A stretch of DNA of 64,000 nt. Origin: Guillardia theta CCMP2712. Lineage: Eukaryota > Protista > Cryptophyta. A program made the translations under genes and the position numbers. Position 1 is the first letter of the stretch. Every line of letters begins with the position of its first letter. The DNA lies in assembly GCF_000315625.1 (NCBI RefSeq), contig NW_005434574.1, positions 215,719-279,718 on the forward strand. The letters are read 5' to 3'. Below the pieces are notes generated by a model. That model was not told the DNA's origin. It searched no databases and was given only the letters and a program-made list of their open reading frames with translations. Below are positions 23,639-37,199 of the stretch, one piece after another.

Positions 23639-24240
23639 ATACAACCTCGTTGGGGCCCCACAACTTGCCTCCCTGCTCTAACATTGTTACGGCCTCCGGA
23701 CGAATACTTCAGAGCCCCACCCCCTACTCGCCTAAAAGATTTTCAATGGACGGGTAGCAGATAAAAGTACCCGTCCTAAAAATGAAGGACCGGTAGTCTG
23801 AATGGGTAAAAGAGGGGTAGTCTTGACGTGGCATGATTCTGACCGTCCATAGCCGGGTCCTCCAACGTATCGCCAGCCGCCACCGTCCGACCGGGAGGCT
23901 CAACTGATAGGCTGCTCAGTGACTCGGAACTACCGCCGGCCCCGGCCGGGCGGCCCGACCCCGGCCCGGTCGCAGCCGCGGCCTGATCGGAGGCTCCGAC
24001 TGTGAGGCCGGGCCGCGGCTGCCGGCCAGGCGCCGCAGTGAGCCCGCCTCTCGGATGAGCACCGGAGTCCCGGTCCGAGTTCGAGTCGACGGTTCCGAAG
24101 TTCGTTTGCCAAGTTGGCGAGCGGCTAGATCATAAATCGGAACTTGCCGAATATGGGCCCGGCATGAATGATGATTGTCCGGGCCTGAAGTTTCTCAGCC
24201 CGGCGCTATCCAACCGTTAGATCGACGGACAACTATCATG

Positions 24241-25373
24241 ATCGCGTCGGATCAGATTGTTGCGTCGAAGGGGGGAGTTATAGACCAAATCGATGACTGG
24301 AAGCAAAATTTGCAAACCCCGATGAAAAGAGATGGTTTCGACGGGGAAACCCCTTGAGCACCCTACCTACCTTTGTCTATGCCCAAAAAGGGGTGCGGGT
24401 GCCTCAGATACAGAGAGAAATGGTTCCACCTTGAGCGTGTGAGAGAACCGCGCGCTGACATGACGAGGCAGCAGCAGGGGCATCAGCATGCTGACCTGTC
24501 GCACTAGCCTAGTAGAGGTGAGGGGATGAAAGAGCTTGAGGAGGGAGTGGAGCTCTGGACGCTGACTCATTTCCAGATGTTGTGTTGAAAGATATTGTGT
24601 TGAAAGATGTTGTGTTGGATCATGAAAGCCTTACCTAGAAAAAGCCATCTAGATCTATGCAGCAGTGTGATCTAGTCATCGAAAGCATGACGACAAACGA
24701 CACTTGGCTACTCACTGGGCAAATGCGAGGGAGAGCTCATACGCACAGAAATGCAGTGTAGTGTACTTGAAGAGGATTGACAGGACGTGGTTGAAATGCT
24801 CATTGCGTGATGTGGTGTTGTCAGGCATCGATCATCGTAGGAGAGAGATCCCATCCAATCCCAGCGCAGGCTGGATTTAGTCTTGATGATACCACTAGTA
24901 GGTAGATCTTGATGCTTTAGTCTTGATGATACCACTAGCAGGTAGATCTTGATGCTTTAGTCTTGATGATACCACTAGTAGGTAGATCTTGATGCTTTAG
25001 TCTTGATGATACCACTAGCAGGTAGATCTTGATGCTTTAGTCTTGATGATACCACTAGTAGGTAGATCTTGATGCTTTGTACCTCATGCAATATCCACAT
25101 GTCGACATGTTGAGGTGTAGAGAGGAGAAGAATAGAGATGAAATGAAATGGGAATGGATAGTGTCATAGAGATGCATGGGATGCGATGGGGGGGGGAAGG
25201 GGATGGGATGAAAGGGGAGGGTGCGTCTTGAGTTATCTATGCCACCTTTGCTACCAGTGACGCACGGCAGGGCAAAACTCTGCAGCTCAGATCAGATAAC
25301 GAGCCCGGCCAGCGTGTCATGCTGACACCGTGGCGGCGGGACAAGGTGTATGCGCAGCGGCTAGATTTCGGAT
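24241..25373 (+). repeat. ~1.1-kb direct repeat, copy 1 (five 40-bp minisatellite units, ~24876-25078)
   Basis: Runs from ATCGCGTCGGATCAGATTGTTGCGTC to …GGCTAGATT.CGGAT and is highly similar to 26541-27564. Both copies give the near-identical ORF MSQRPELHSLLKLF…. Confidence 0.9.
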
Positions 25374-25399
25374 TCAAAGCAGATTATGCATTAGTCACT

Positions 25400-26540
25400 C
25401 ATTTCATTGTACCATTGAGTCCATTTTCGGTCCGAGTGACGTGGGCCAAGGACCCTTGACTCGCCTCAGGTCATGTTTGCGGATGAGAACTCAGTCACAA
25501 CTATCATGGCAGCGCGCAGGCTTGAGGGTGACGGTCGGACCCGGAGGTCCGACGCTCACTGAGCTGCATTGGAGTCTGGGGACCGTAATCTTATCATGAG
25601 GGCCGAGATCTCCGGGCGCGGCGCGGCGCCGCGGCCCAGGCTCAGCCCGGTGATGCCAGGATCGGACCGTCACGCTATGCCGGTTACGCCGGCCCTTCAG
25701 CTGCAGTGCGGCCGCCATACTAGCCTACGCCCGACCCCTCAGCCTGGCCACACTGCCCGGGCTCCCGCCTGAAGTCTTTACTTAAAGTAAAGCCTGAACT
25801 TGGCTGGCTTGGCCCGGCCTTGAACCGTGAACAGTGTCCTGCCATGCTGGAGCCTCGGAGTCCGGCGAAGTGACGTCCCTGAGTCGGAGTCCGGCGCTCA
25901 GCGGCTACTACTGCGACAGTGTTACAGTCACGGTACCGGGGTACGGTATCAGCCTGCTGGTACTAAAGCCCGGCCCGGCGGCCCGGGTCGCCGAGTCCCC
26001 CGGGGAGGGGGGCCGGCGCCGGCCTGGGAGCCGCGGCCGCGCTCAGTCACTGGGCCCACATGGAATGGGGAGCGCCGCCGCGTCCGATCACAGTGCCGCT
26101 GGCGGGGCAGGCGGCGGCTCAGCTCGGACTGCGCGCCGCGCGCTGGCACGCTTGATCCGAAAAAAAACCGGCAGGCAGGGGCTGCACACGGTGGTCGTCG
26201 GCGGCGTGCGGCAGCGCCGAACTTGCGAACCGTGAACCCGGCGCGCTGCCTCCGGCGACCGGCCGCACCGGCGGCCGCCCCCGCGGGCCCGGCCCCCTGC
26301 CCGGCCGCGGCCCGCCTCACTGCCTGAGCAGCTGCCGTCTGAGTCATCAACGGGCGTGCTGGTTGCAGGCGAAAGGCTCACGGTCGCCCGGGGGGGGCGG
26401 AAGGCCCTGAGGGCCGCAGGCGCAGCCTGCCCGGCAGTGCTGTACGAAACGGCCAGCCTAACAGTGATCGGACGGCGTTGGTTGGATGAGAGTCGGAACT
26501 CGGAACTCCGAAGGTTTCAGAAGAAGCGTTCGCACTAGAT
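25400..26540. repeat. GC-rich palindromic-word island between the two direct repeats
   Basis: Same composition as the other islands. Similar tracts at 23850-24240 and 27600-28150. Confidence 0.6.
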
Positions 26541-27564
26541 ATCGCGTCGGATCAGATTGTTGCGTCAAAGGGGGGAGTTGTAGCCAACTTGAAGCAAAAA
26601 TTGACCCCGACTTGTGATGAAAAGGAGTGGTTTCGACGGGGTGGCTGAAAAGGCGACCCCACCCTTGAGCACCCTACCTACCTTTGTCTATGCCCAAAAA
26701 GGGGTGCGGGTGCCTCAGATACAGAGAGAAATGGTTCCACCTTGAGCGTGTGAGAGAACCGCGCGCTGACATGACGAGGCAGCAGCAGGGGCATCAGCAT
26801 GCTGACCTGTCGCACTAGCCTAGTAGAGGTGAGGGGGTCAAAGAGCTTGAGGAGGGAGTGGAGCTCTGGACGCTGACTCATTTCCAGATGTTGTGTCGAA
26901 AGATGTTGTGTTGAAAGATGTTGTGTTGGATCATGAAAGCCTTACCTAGAAAAAGCCATCTAGATCTATACAGCAGTGCGATCTAGTCATCGAAAGCATG
27001 ACGACAAACGACACCTGGCCCCTCACTGGGCAAATGCGAGGGAGAGCTCATACGCACAGAAATGCAGTGTAGTGTACTTGAAGAGGATTGACAGGACGTG
27101 GTTGAAATGCTCATTGCGTGATGCGCTGTTGTCAGGCATCGATCATCGTAGGAAAGAGATCCCAACCAAGCGCAGGCTGGATTTAGTCTTGGTGATACCA
27201 CGAGTAGGTAGATCTTGATGCTTTAGTCTTGATGATACCACTAGTAGGTAGATCCTGATGCTTTGTACCTCATGCAATATCAACATGTCGACATGTTGAG
27301 GTGTAGAGAGGAGAAGAATAGAGATGAAATGAAATGGGAAGGGATAGTGTCATAGAGATGCATGGGATGCGATGGGGGGAGGAGGGGATGGGATGAAAGG
27401 GGAGGGTGCGTCTTGAGTTATCTATGCCACCTTTGCTACCAGTGACGCACGGCAGGGCAAAGCTCTGCAGCTCAGATCAGATAACGAGCCCGGCCAGCGT
27501 GTCATGCTGACACCGCGGCGGCGGGACAAGGTGTATGCGCAGCCTGAGCGGCTAGATTACGGAT
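26541..27564 (+). repeat. ~1.0-kb direct repeat, copy 2 (two 40-bp units, ~27182-27263)
   Basis: Aligns by eye to 24241-25373. Confidence 0.9.
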
Positions 27565-29559
27565 CATCCAAAGGGCTAATAGGTAAAGTACTTGACATGG
27601 GCCAAGGATCATCATGCCGCAGCGCCCGGCCGCACAGCCGGCTGAGAGCCTGTTCGGTCTGGGCCCGGGGGACGGACTCTGAGCGACCCGGTATGGTACT
27701 GGACCGTGCCTCCGGGCCGCTGTGCAGTGCGGCCCATAAGGCGGCGGCCAGTACCGTACTCAGTGTCTACGGTTTGTCACACGGCACTGTGTCTTTTCGG
27801 CTGAGGCTCTTTCAATGAAGCGAGCCTGAAGAGGCTGAGTCGCCATATTCGATTGTCAGTGTGACTCTGAGGTCACTGACCGTCAGTACGGTGCCAGTCC
27901 GACAGCACTAGAACCGTGAGTACTTGGCCGGATTCCGAAGTTCGGAGTCACAATCATGAGGGCCCGGCCTGTCACCCGGCCGCCCCGGCGGCGCGCGGCG
28001 CCCGGCCGGGCGGCGAGGCCGCGCCGGTTGCCGGTGGCAGTGCCCACCGTGGCACTGGGCCCGGCCGGCCGGGACGCCTTGGCCCAGGCTGCCCCCCCCG
28101 GGCCCCCCGGCGGGACCGATCGGATGATCCCTGAGACCGTGCCTCAGCGGAGAGCCAGTGCCTTTCGCAGCGTTTCACATTGTTGCCCCTCGGGGGCGAA
28201 TTGTATTTTTGCGCCATTACGGGTCGTTTTAGAAGGCTCAAAGGCTGCATGTCAACGTTTCGCCGGGGCCCTCACGAAACGGTGGCAGAAGGTGAAAGGC
28301 TGCTGAAGGTACGCAGACTAAGAGCGATGGTATACGGAGGGAAAGGATTCAATGCTCTGTTTGATGATAGTTTGAAGACATTTGATAGATGAACACCTTC
28401 TATCAATCTTTTGTTACCAACTTTCGTTGGATCGGCCCAAAAGAAGCAATGGCAAGCACAGTCGGATTTGAAGAAGAACCGAGATCGGCACTTTGTATCA
28501 CCATCTATTCACATCAATCTGGGATGCTGCGACCCGATCTACCAAGCATACCATATCCTGCTCTTTGGAAATATTCTATCGTAAAGAAAAAAAACTGCCG
28601 TGCTTTCATTTCGCTCCCACAATACAGCTATGATCAGCAGACAAAAAGATGTTGTCTAGAAGCAGCCTGCTTGAACATTGCCAGCAATGTGGGGAACTCA
28701 TAACAGCAATTCATTTCACGATAAAACGTATAGACTCTAGTGCTGAAACCTCCTCAGCTTTCACCAATCACCGCTAGCGGAGATGGGGGAACTAGTAACA
28801 ATGCACACTGCTTTTGCACAGTCTACAAATCTATGACAAAATGTAAGTACTTTGATATACCAATAGGCAACAGTTGATCACATGATTGAAAGGGTTGGAT
28901 ATGCTCTTCATTGGTGTATCCAGGTCCATGGCTCCTATCCCGCTGCCTTGCCTTCATTGGGTTTCAACACTTTGTCCATCGTCAAGCCGCATTTTGGTCC
29001 CCTCTTCCCCTCCCTGCAATTCAGTGTGACTTGAAAAAAGTACTTTTGAGTGGGAAATACAATGAATATACATCGATTCGTATTGTTGCGTGCGGGCAGG
29101 GTTATAGCTTTTGTCGCAAAGATCAATATTCTAAAACATATTAAAAAAGATCCGAAGCGATGCCAGTGGAAAACCATTATGGTCCCAACTGACACCTTTT
29201 CGGATGCACCGTACATGAAACCCAACGTTTCGACGGGAGATTACACAGTCAAAACTATCTCCTGCTACCATATATTGAATTATAAAACCCTATGGAAACA
29301 ATGTTCTGAGGGGGACTCGATGTTTCTACAACACACAACGGCAGGCCTCAGTCAATTAAGGGAATTTGCCAGGTTCACAAGCTGAGACTGAGATTGCTTG
29401 AAGCAACCGTCCACTGATGACAACACTTGATGTGCTATGTACTGTGATTGGACAGCCAGGGCCAGTCTGTCAGTGTGCTGACGTTGAAGGCTCTGATATG
29501 AGATCGAGCGAACCCAACTAGCACGAACTTGATACACAGTCGACAATTTTAACAAACAT

Positions 29560-31700
29560 CATGTATTCTCATTCTCGTCTTGATCGACCCCCTTGTCACC
29601 AGCTCCGGCGTCAGTTCTCTCGGGGAGTTGGACGACCTCTAAGTCTCGACCTGCGAGCATGCCCGTCAGCAACGACAGGGAGAATGGGTTGATGGAGGAG
29701 ACCAGGGTCCCTCCCTCCCATCTTGAGAAATTCTTCAAGAGTTTTGAACTGTGAGGAATGAAACTACATCACGTCAGCCCGGCAGTGGAAACGTTGCACA
29801 TCACGTCGTGACGCTCGCTACCTCTTTGTAGCTGCTCCCACTCCCGGAGTCATCGCCGCCGTGAGATTCATCCTGATCTGATAATGTTGCAGCGGTATGA
29901 GCAAGGATCAGTGGTAGAGAGGACGAATACCTAATCCTACTTTATACGATCCGAGTCTCTCTGTAAAAGCGCTTTCAATGGGACAGCAGTCAAGGTCTTA
30001 ATGCGATGGTTCACCGCCTCCTTCAAAAAGCCCTTCTCTGCTCACAATCTCCTTGTCAGTCCGGTGTCAGTCTAGCAGGGACAGGAGGGGAAGATTGCCT
30101 GCTAAGACAGACCGCACACTTCCTCCCGTACTTTGAGTTCTCTGGATCGAAAGCTGGGCCCTGCTCAACCGTAAGTTCATGCCATGGCGGAGGATGCTTC
30201 CTACAGAAAGCTTTTCCTCGAGGAGATTGCAGTAGCAGTCTGTGCCGAGATCGTCGGTGGTTTTCTCCTCTTGGAAGATGGAGAGAGTAGCGTCAGGAAG
30301 ATGGTGCAAAAAACAAGAATCATTGCACCTGCTTGTCCTCCTCTCACCCTCAAGAGCAAGGGCACCCATGGTTTGTTGTCTGCGAGCACTGCATCAGATG
30401 CAGTCTTGTAGTCCATATTCACTTACAAGTTGGATTACCTCCCTCGATGAAAGGGGCTAAGTTACCCATCCTTTCACCAACATGGTCGGTCCGCGGGGAA
30501 CACAAAGAGATGAGAGAATACCTGTTCCGCTCTGCGATACTTGCACTAATCGTAAAGCTGTTAAGGACTAGTATGATACGTAAGTCAGTTCGATGAGAAA
30601 CACGGACATGTTCATATCAACAAACGACCTCAGCAGCCGTTGAGGACAGATGGTGAACAGAAACCAAACGCATATCGCATCATCGTGACTCAACATGACG
30701 AGGTATCATGAAGAAGTGCGAAGCCAAGGCAAGATGTCAACAAATCATACCATATCATCATATCATACCATATCATACCATATCATGCCATATCATACCA
30801 TATCATGCCATATCATACCATATCATACCATGTCATACCATATCATACCATCATGCTTTCATATCCGAACATTTCAACACTGACTGCAAGGCCTCACCCC
30901 CGCACAGCAGCCCCGCCACTGTGACCATCGTTGTCATGCTATTCGTCACGAGCTCGCCTCAGCATGAAATAATGAGGACAGAAGTCCTGTATTATTAATA
31001 CATAATCATTTCATTACAACAATGAAATTGAGGCAGCGGTCTCTTCTCCGAAAATGGTGAGAGGGAGCAGGGGGGGCGGGGGGGACTAGAACATGAGCGA
31101 GGGAGCGAACAGAACGCAGGTAGCATGAAGAGGAGAGAGTCATCAGAGCGTGACACAGTTTGAACGCATGGAGATGAAGATTGGAAAACCCGGAGCAGCA
31201 AGGGGGGGGGATGGGGTTGGAGAGAATGAATCTGGCTAGGAACATTCAAACCCCCTTCATGACGAACGCCATGCCTTGACGTGTTCGCAGGTACCGCATT
31301 CCTCATATTGAGACTCTGCAAGATGCCGGTAGAACGAGTTTCGCTCTGGCTGAACCTTCCTGCCATGATGGACCCTGGGAACTTTGGGAGATGGGGAAAC
31401 CTGTCCATCGACCCTGTGAGCTGACAGCGTGCGCGTTTCTGTTCTGACGGCAGGGCAGGAGGAGGGATGGTATACTCCGTACCTTGTGGTGCTGTCGTTC
31501 TTCTGGTTTCTTGTGATTGTTTGCTTGTGATGCCGTTGAGATGCTTGCTTTCGTTTTGTTAAGAACTGTACAACAGGGTTTGCTTTGAGCAGTATGTGTT
31601 GTACTACCAGAGGCCTTTTGAGGTGAGATCGGCAACGAGGGTCTTGCAGAGGTTGATTCTATAGCTGCAGACAAAGAGCAAGATGCGACGGACGAGCAAG
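29560..31700 (-). CDS. Multi-exon hypothetical gene(s) (boundaries approximate)
   Basis: Successive short GT/AG-bounded exons (YKTASDAVLADNKPWVPLLLR; DATLSIFQEEKTTDDLGTDCYCNLLEEK; CPIESAFTERLGSYKV). No domain recognised. Confidence 0.35.
30745..30853. repeat. (CATAT/CATAC)n microsatellite
   Basis: Directly visible. Confidence 0.9.
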
Positions 31701-32599
31701 ATCAACTGAGATTGTTGGGATTGCCATTTTCGATGCGAAAAGATGAAAATTCCAACTCGGAATCTTTTCTTCATGTCTTTGCTCGTCATTCCGTCTTTCA
31801 ACGGAGACGCTGCAAGCTCGTTTCACCGCGGTTTGAAGAAAGAAGAAGATGGAGATGATGATGATGATGATGGAGATGATGATGGAGATGATGATGGAGA
31901 TGATGATGATGATGATGATAACAATAATTGAGATTTTGACTATGCAAGATTCTCTCAGTTCTCTCGCTGCGCGGTGGATGGAGAGCAGACACTGCTGAGA
32001 CCTGGGGGAGAGGCAGCTTGGAAGGATATGAGGACTCTCCCACCCGGTTGGAGGAATATGATGATCATGTTTACATGGTTTTGATAGAGATAATGATGAT
32101 AGTGATGGTGGAGATGATTGAGATTATTGAGATGATAGCGATGATGATTGAGATGATAGCGATGATGATAGAGATGATAGCGATGAAAGATATGATAGCT
32201 ATGATTGAGATAATAGTGATGATTTACACTATGAAGATGATGATGGCAATAAAGAGGATGGAGAGGTTGGAGTTGGCAGATGAGGGTCATGGTATTGTGG
32301 TGGTTTAAAGTGCGACGAGAAGCTTGAATTGAAGTTAATAGAGATAGAAATGATGGAGATAGTTGGGCAATGATTGTGGTGGAGATGATTGTCGTTATTA
32401 TCGTGATGATCATTATGAATGCCAGTGATGTTCTTGCAGCTCATCATGAAGAGATCGTTGTTTCCAGTTTGTTGTTGATTTCATGTTTGACAACATTTGC
32501 AACGCAGAGCAGGAGAAGTTGGTTTTCCTCCAAGGCATTTCGCTCACAGAATTGAATCAGCTGTAATTTGAATTGCATCTCATGAAATTCTCCTCACCC

Positions 32600-34611
32600 T
32601 GAGATCTTACCGCAGGAGCTCACGAGCATACAGGAAGCATTAGACAAGGTTTTGTTTGGGAAGCATCATGTATGTAAGAGACTGATTCCCATTTGTTCTT
32701 GCAAAGAAATATCGGACAGTCGTAGAGTCAGAGATCATACGTCGGCCACGAGTAAACTCGATGTTGAGGTTTCAAAGATATCGGCTGAAGATTATTTCAG
32801 GAAGTGATCATTATTCCTGACGATGAAGACAACGTTGTCCATGGAGTACTCCGGTGGGCCGTCACAACTTCGTGACAACTCAAGAACATCCTTCCGACTT
32901 TTCTTGCAGTGCAGTGAAGAGCAAATACAAGGTGTTTGTCAAACCAGGAACTCACTCTTGGAGGTTGAGCCAACCCCGTGTGTTTTGCGCTTGTGAGTGT
33001 TGCTTGCAGAGGATTCATACCGCTGCCTTTCAAGTCTACGATGCATCTGTTTGCTGCTGGTGAAGACTCGACATTTCAGGTAGTTGGCATATGATGTTTG
33101 GAAACATGACGATAGGTTGTCGTTGGCAGGTTGAAGACAGGAAAGTGGCAGGGAAAGTTACCCTCGTCGGGCGTTGGGTATTTGAGCCGACAAGTCAGGT
33201 TGGTGCGCGATGTGGGATGGTGATGACAGCGCGATGATGATTGAGGCGATGATGGTGATGATTGTGTGGATAGAGATGCTCATGAGCCAGAGATGATGAT
33301 GATGGAGATGATGATGATGGAGATGATGATGATGGAGATGATGGAGATGATGATGATGATNNNNNNNNNNNNNNNNNNNNNNNNNNNNNNNNNNNNNNNN
33401 NNNNNNNNNNNNNNNNNNNNNNNNNNNNNNNNNNNNNNNNNNNNNNNNNNNNNNNNNNNNTGATGATGGAGATGATGGAGATGATGGAGATGATGGAGAT
33501 GACGACGACGATGAAACCGCCACAAATGATAATGTTATCATGACAGTTCTATATGACTTATTTGTCGCAGGGATCATTCCTGAACCTCACCCTCTCATGG
33601 AGAAAGGGCACCGAGAGTCGTCCGACAGAGGAGGGGGAGGCTGCTGACACGTTTCGATCGTGTTTACTTATCTACGGCTCTCCCTGGCTGATTGAGAACT
33701 GTGAATGTCTCAGCAGGTGAGCCCTTGTTTGATTTTTCCTGTTCCTGTCAAGCACAACATGTCTTTGAAGTGTATTTGCTCGAACAAGACGGTTTTTCAA
33801 TTGTGATTCTCAACAAATAGACCTTTCTTATCAAATACAACATTCTCACACTGAGTGCAGTGGAGGAGTTTCAATGGCTGTTTGCGGTTTTGGTCAAGCA
33901 ACGTGTCGAAGTTGCAGGATGGGGGGGATAGAGAAGGAGTTTCCAGCGTCGTGTGCTCTCTTCGTTAATCAGGGAGCGAAACTACTATTTAAGAGCTCTG
34001 TTGCCAAGTACTCAGCGTTTGGGTTGTACATGGACGGTGCAGGAAGGTCTGCAATGTTGTGAATATATGAAGTGCGTTGTCATGCGTGTTGTGCAGGTGT
34101 GTCGTTGGAGGAAGCGAATTCGTTTGCAACTTTCGAGGAAAGATCTGCATCGATCGCGCTTGTTTTCATGACAATTCCGCTTCTCTCAGGAGTGTGTTTG
34201 CGGGGAAACGCCAAGGTGGCCCTGTGGAGCAGCAGCATGAAACAAAACATGCAGAGCTCACTAAGAGTGTTTGCAAATGAGGTTTCATGTTGCTGTTTCT
34301 CCTCCGCTATGCTCTGAAGTACATCTTAGTATACAGACGTTGAGCTGGAAGACCTTGAGAGCACCGATGGGAAGCTGTGGGAGGACAACAACCGTCCTCG
34401 ACGAGTAAGCCCATTGAGCTGAGATGTTCGACACAATCACGATCATGTACAGCTTGTTGAGAAGACTGTGAGATGGCAGCCGTGTGAAGAAGTGAAATCC
34501 TTGCTTGTCGACATGTATGCTCGCATGTCAGAGATGAGCGTTACTCCTCCCTGCCTCTCCCACTCCTCCACAGGTGAAGTTTTTGTCTGTTTGCTCGTTG
34601 CATTCACACAA

Positions 34612-34710
<99 letters not shown>

Positions 34711-35542
34711 ATGATGGAGATGATGATGATGATGATGATGATGGATGATGATGATGGAGATGATGATGGAGATGATGGAGACCATGAGGTTGATGATGAT
34801 GATGCGAAGGTCTGAAGAAGGAGGAAGTGCTGGAGCTGTGCGACGAAGAGAGCATCGAAGAGATGAAGTGAGGAGTGACTTGCCTGGAGGGAACCTGCCA
34901 TTGTCATCTTACTTGTCATCTTACTGCTTTTGATATACTCTGCTCTGCTCTGCTCTGCTCTGCTCTACCTTCCCTCTTCTCTCCTCTTATATTCTCATCT
35001 TACATTTTCTTGTCGCTCGTCTCCCGTGCTCTCCAATATCCTATTCTCCTTCTTGTCCAATCCTTTCTTGCCCTCCATCTGTCTCTTCGGAGCTATCTCC
35101 TCCTCTTGTTTTCCTTCAAAATTCTCTCCTTGCTCCATCCTTTCCTCTTACCTTCGTCACAGGAAAGCAGAGCAGGTACAACAATCTGAATACTTGCTCA
35201 ACATCGGATTTGCGAGCAAGGATGCCACCGAACAAGCAAGACTGACAAAGATCATGAACAACTTTGCAAGACTCGATTCGCCCGACTCAGCGTCCTCGCA
35301 CGTCTCGACAACTTCCTTGTCTGAAGACGAGCAAGGCGGGGTCGATCGTGGCAAGCGATCCCGTTCCAAGTCACTTTCACGCTCGAGGGAACGACCAAAG
35401 GTAGGAGGAGGAGTGAAGGAGGAGGAGGATTGAAAGTAAGAGGGAGGGAGGGAGGGAGGGAGGGAGGGGAGTGTAAGAGAGAATCGGAGAGACAGGAACA
35501 GATAGTAGGAAAGAGGGGCAGAGGACGGTGAGGAGGCAGGAG

Positions 35543-35575
<33 letters not shown>

Positions 35576-37106
35576 ATATGATGGTGGTAACTGTTATTTC
35601 CAACAGTATGCGAGGACTGAACCGTCTCTCTCCGCTTCTCGCTTCCATCATCGAACATTTGGGCACGTTTCCTTGCCGAGCAGCAGCATCGAGAGGGAGC
35701 CGAGGAGTAGGAGGGAGGAGGAGCAGGAGGAGCAGGCAGGGAGGCGGTGGAGATTAGAGGAGGGGACATCTGGTGGAGGAGGAAGGAGCTCGAGCGTGCA
35801 TGGGCAGGAGCGATACCTGCACAGCAGAGGAGAGGACAGAGGAAGAGGAGGGCGTGCTAGTGTGGGGAGAAGGGGGGGAGGTGGAAGAGGTGGAAGAGGT
35901 GGAGGTTGGGAAAGAGGAGTAAGGAGTTGGGAGGAAGAGGAGGTGGAACAGCGATCGTGGAGGAGACCAGAGGGCCCGCGCGACAGGAGAGGTCGAGACT
36001 ACTACGGTTGGGAAGAGGAGAGGAGGACGAGCTGGAAGGGAGACGGTTGGGAGCAGAGTAGAGTAGAGGGCTGGGGCAGGAGAGAGGGAAGGATGGAGAG
36101 GGAGGACTGGGAACGGAGAAAGTACGGCGTCTGGGCAAGAAGGGATTGGGAACGGAGAAGGGAAGAGGAGGAAAGGGGAAGAAGGAGGGGGGATGGAGAT
36201 TGGGAAGGGAGGAGGGAGGGGGAGGATGGAGAAAGGAGGGAAACTGCAGACCGAGGAAGGAGTGCGTTGGAGGAGGAGGAAGGGAGGAGCCGAAGACAGG
36301 AGGGCATCGGTCGAGCAGGAGGGCAGGGGGAGGAGGGACACGAGGATACTCTACAGCGGGCGGTCGGATAGAGGAGAAAGACGAGGGGAGGAGGAGGGCT
36401 GGAGTGAACAGCTGGTTTGGTGCAAGCGGAGAAGGGTGGAAAGAAGACATGGGCAGCATGCTGAAGGATGATGGGGGGAGGAGGAGGAGAATGACGGTGT
36501 CAGCTGAACAATACCCTTCCCTTGGCGCACGGAGAGATACTGAGGCTAACCTTTCGCAAGGAAGGGAGGGGAGGAGGGGAGGAGGGGAAGGGAGCTGGGA
36601 GGAGAGGAGGAGGGAGGGGAGGGGGGAAGGGGAGCTAGGCTCTGTTTCCTCCTCCCGTAGGTATCAGGAGGGAGCAAACAAAGCCCTCGTTGCTGTTTCG
36701 ATGGAAAGATCCGCTCCCGAGTCAACAGCTTTCACTGGAGGAGAGGTGAGGAATGGAGGGGAATGGAGGCTGGAGGATGAATGGGGATGAGGAGGGGGTA
36801 TGCGGCGACCATGAAGAGGAGGAGGAGGAGGAGGAGGAGGAGAAGGAGCAGGAGGAGCAGAAGGAGCAGGAGGAGGAGAAGGTGGAGAAGGTGGAGGTGG
36901 AGGAGGAGGAGGAGAAGAAGGCGGAGAAGGCGGAGGAGGAGGAGGAGAAGGCGGAGAAGGCGGAGGAGGAGGAGGAGGAGGAGGAGAAGGAGGAAGAGGA
37001 GGAGGAGGAGGCATTGGATGAAGAAGGGAATAGTGCAAGACACGAGATAATCAGAGATTTTCTTAGGAGAGGACCAACAGTTTTGACGACAACAGTCCAT
37101 CCCTAG
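32600..37106 (+). CDS. Multi-exon hypothetical protein with R/E/G-rich low-complexity C-terminal half (boundaries approximate)
   Basis: Exon-like blocks such as EVIIIPDDEDNVVHG, LVEKTVRWQPCEEVKSLLVDMYARM and KAEQVQQSEYLLNIGF…RSRERPK|GTAGG, then long purine-rich ORFs ending …TTVHP* at 37106. Spans a 100-N gap. Confidence 0.4.
33361..33460. other. Assembly gap (100 N) inside a (GAT)n tract
   Basis: N run. Confidence 1.
34612..34803. repeat. (GAT)n microsatellite, intronic
   Basis: Directly visible; follows a CAG|GTGAAG donor. Confidence 0.9.
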
Positions 37107-37199
37107 CCGTCACTGATCTCAAGGTTGTATGTGTGTTTTCTTGTCAGCTATCTTTGAAAGTTTCTGTTAACTGTGATGATGTTGCATCATCAAAAACTC

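Noticed and set aside
24876-25078. CRISPR-like array (also 23447-23638)
   Set aside because: The units are head-to-tail with no unique spacers, no cas genes are present, and the context is eukaryotic.
25330-26538. ORFs within GC islands (also 354-694, 45703-46544, 60702-61512)
   Set aside because: Stop-poor because of GC content; P/G/R/A low-complexity with no domains.
24258-27512. Complete LTR retrotransposon formed by the two direct repeats
   Set aside because: No gag/pol, PBS or TSD was seen, and homology extends beyond the TG…CA boundaries.
28180-29400. AT-rich block with short ORFs, possibly a decayed TE or gene
   Set aside because: No recognisable domain, termini or consistent exon chain.
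31798-34919. Poly-M/H/I/D ORFs (also 57331-57762, 58525-58854, 38766-39273)
   Set aside because: Translations of microsatellites, mostly intronic.
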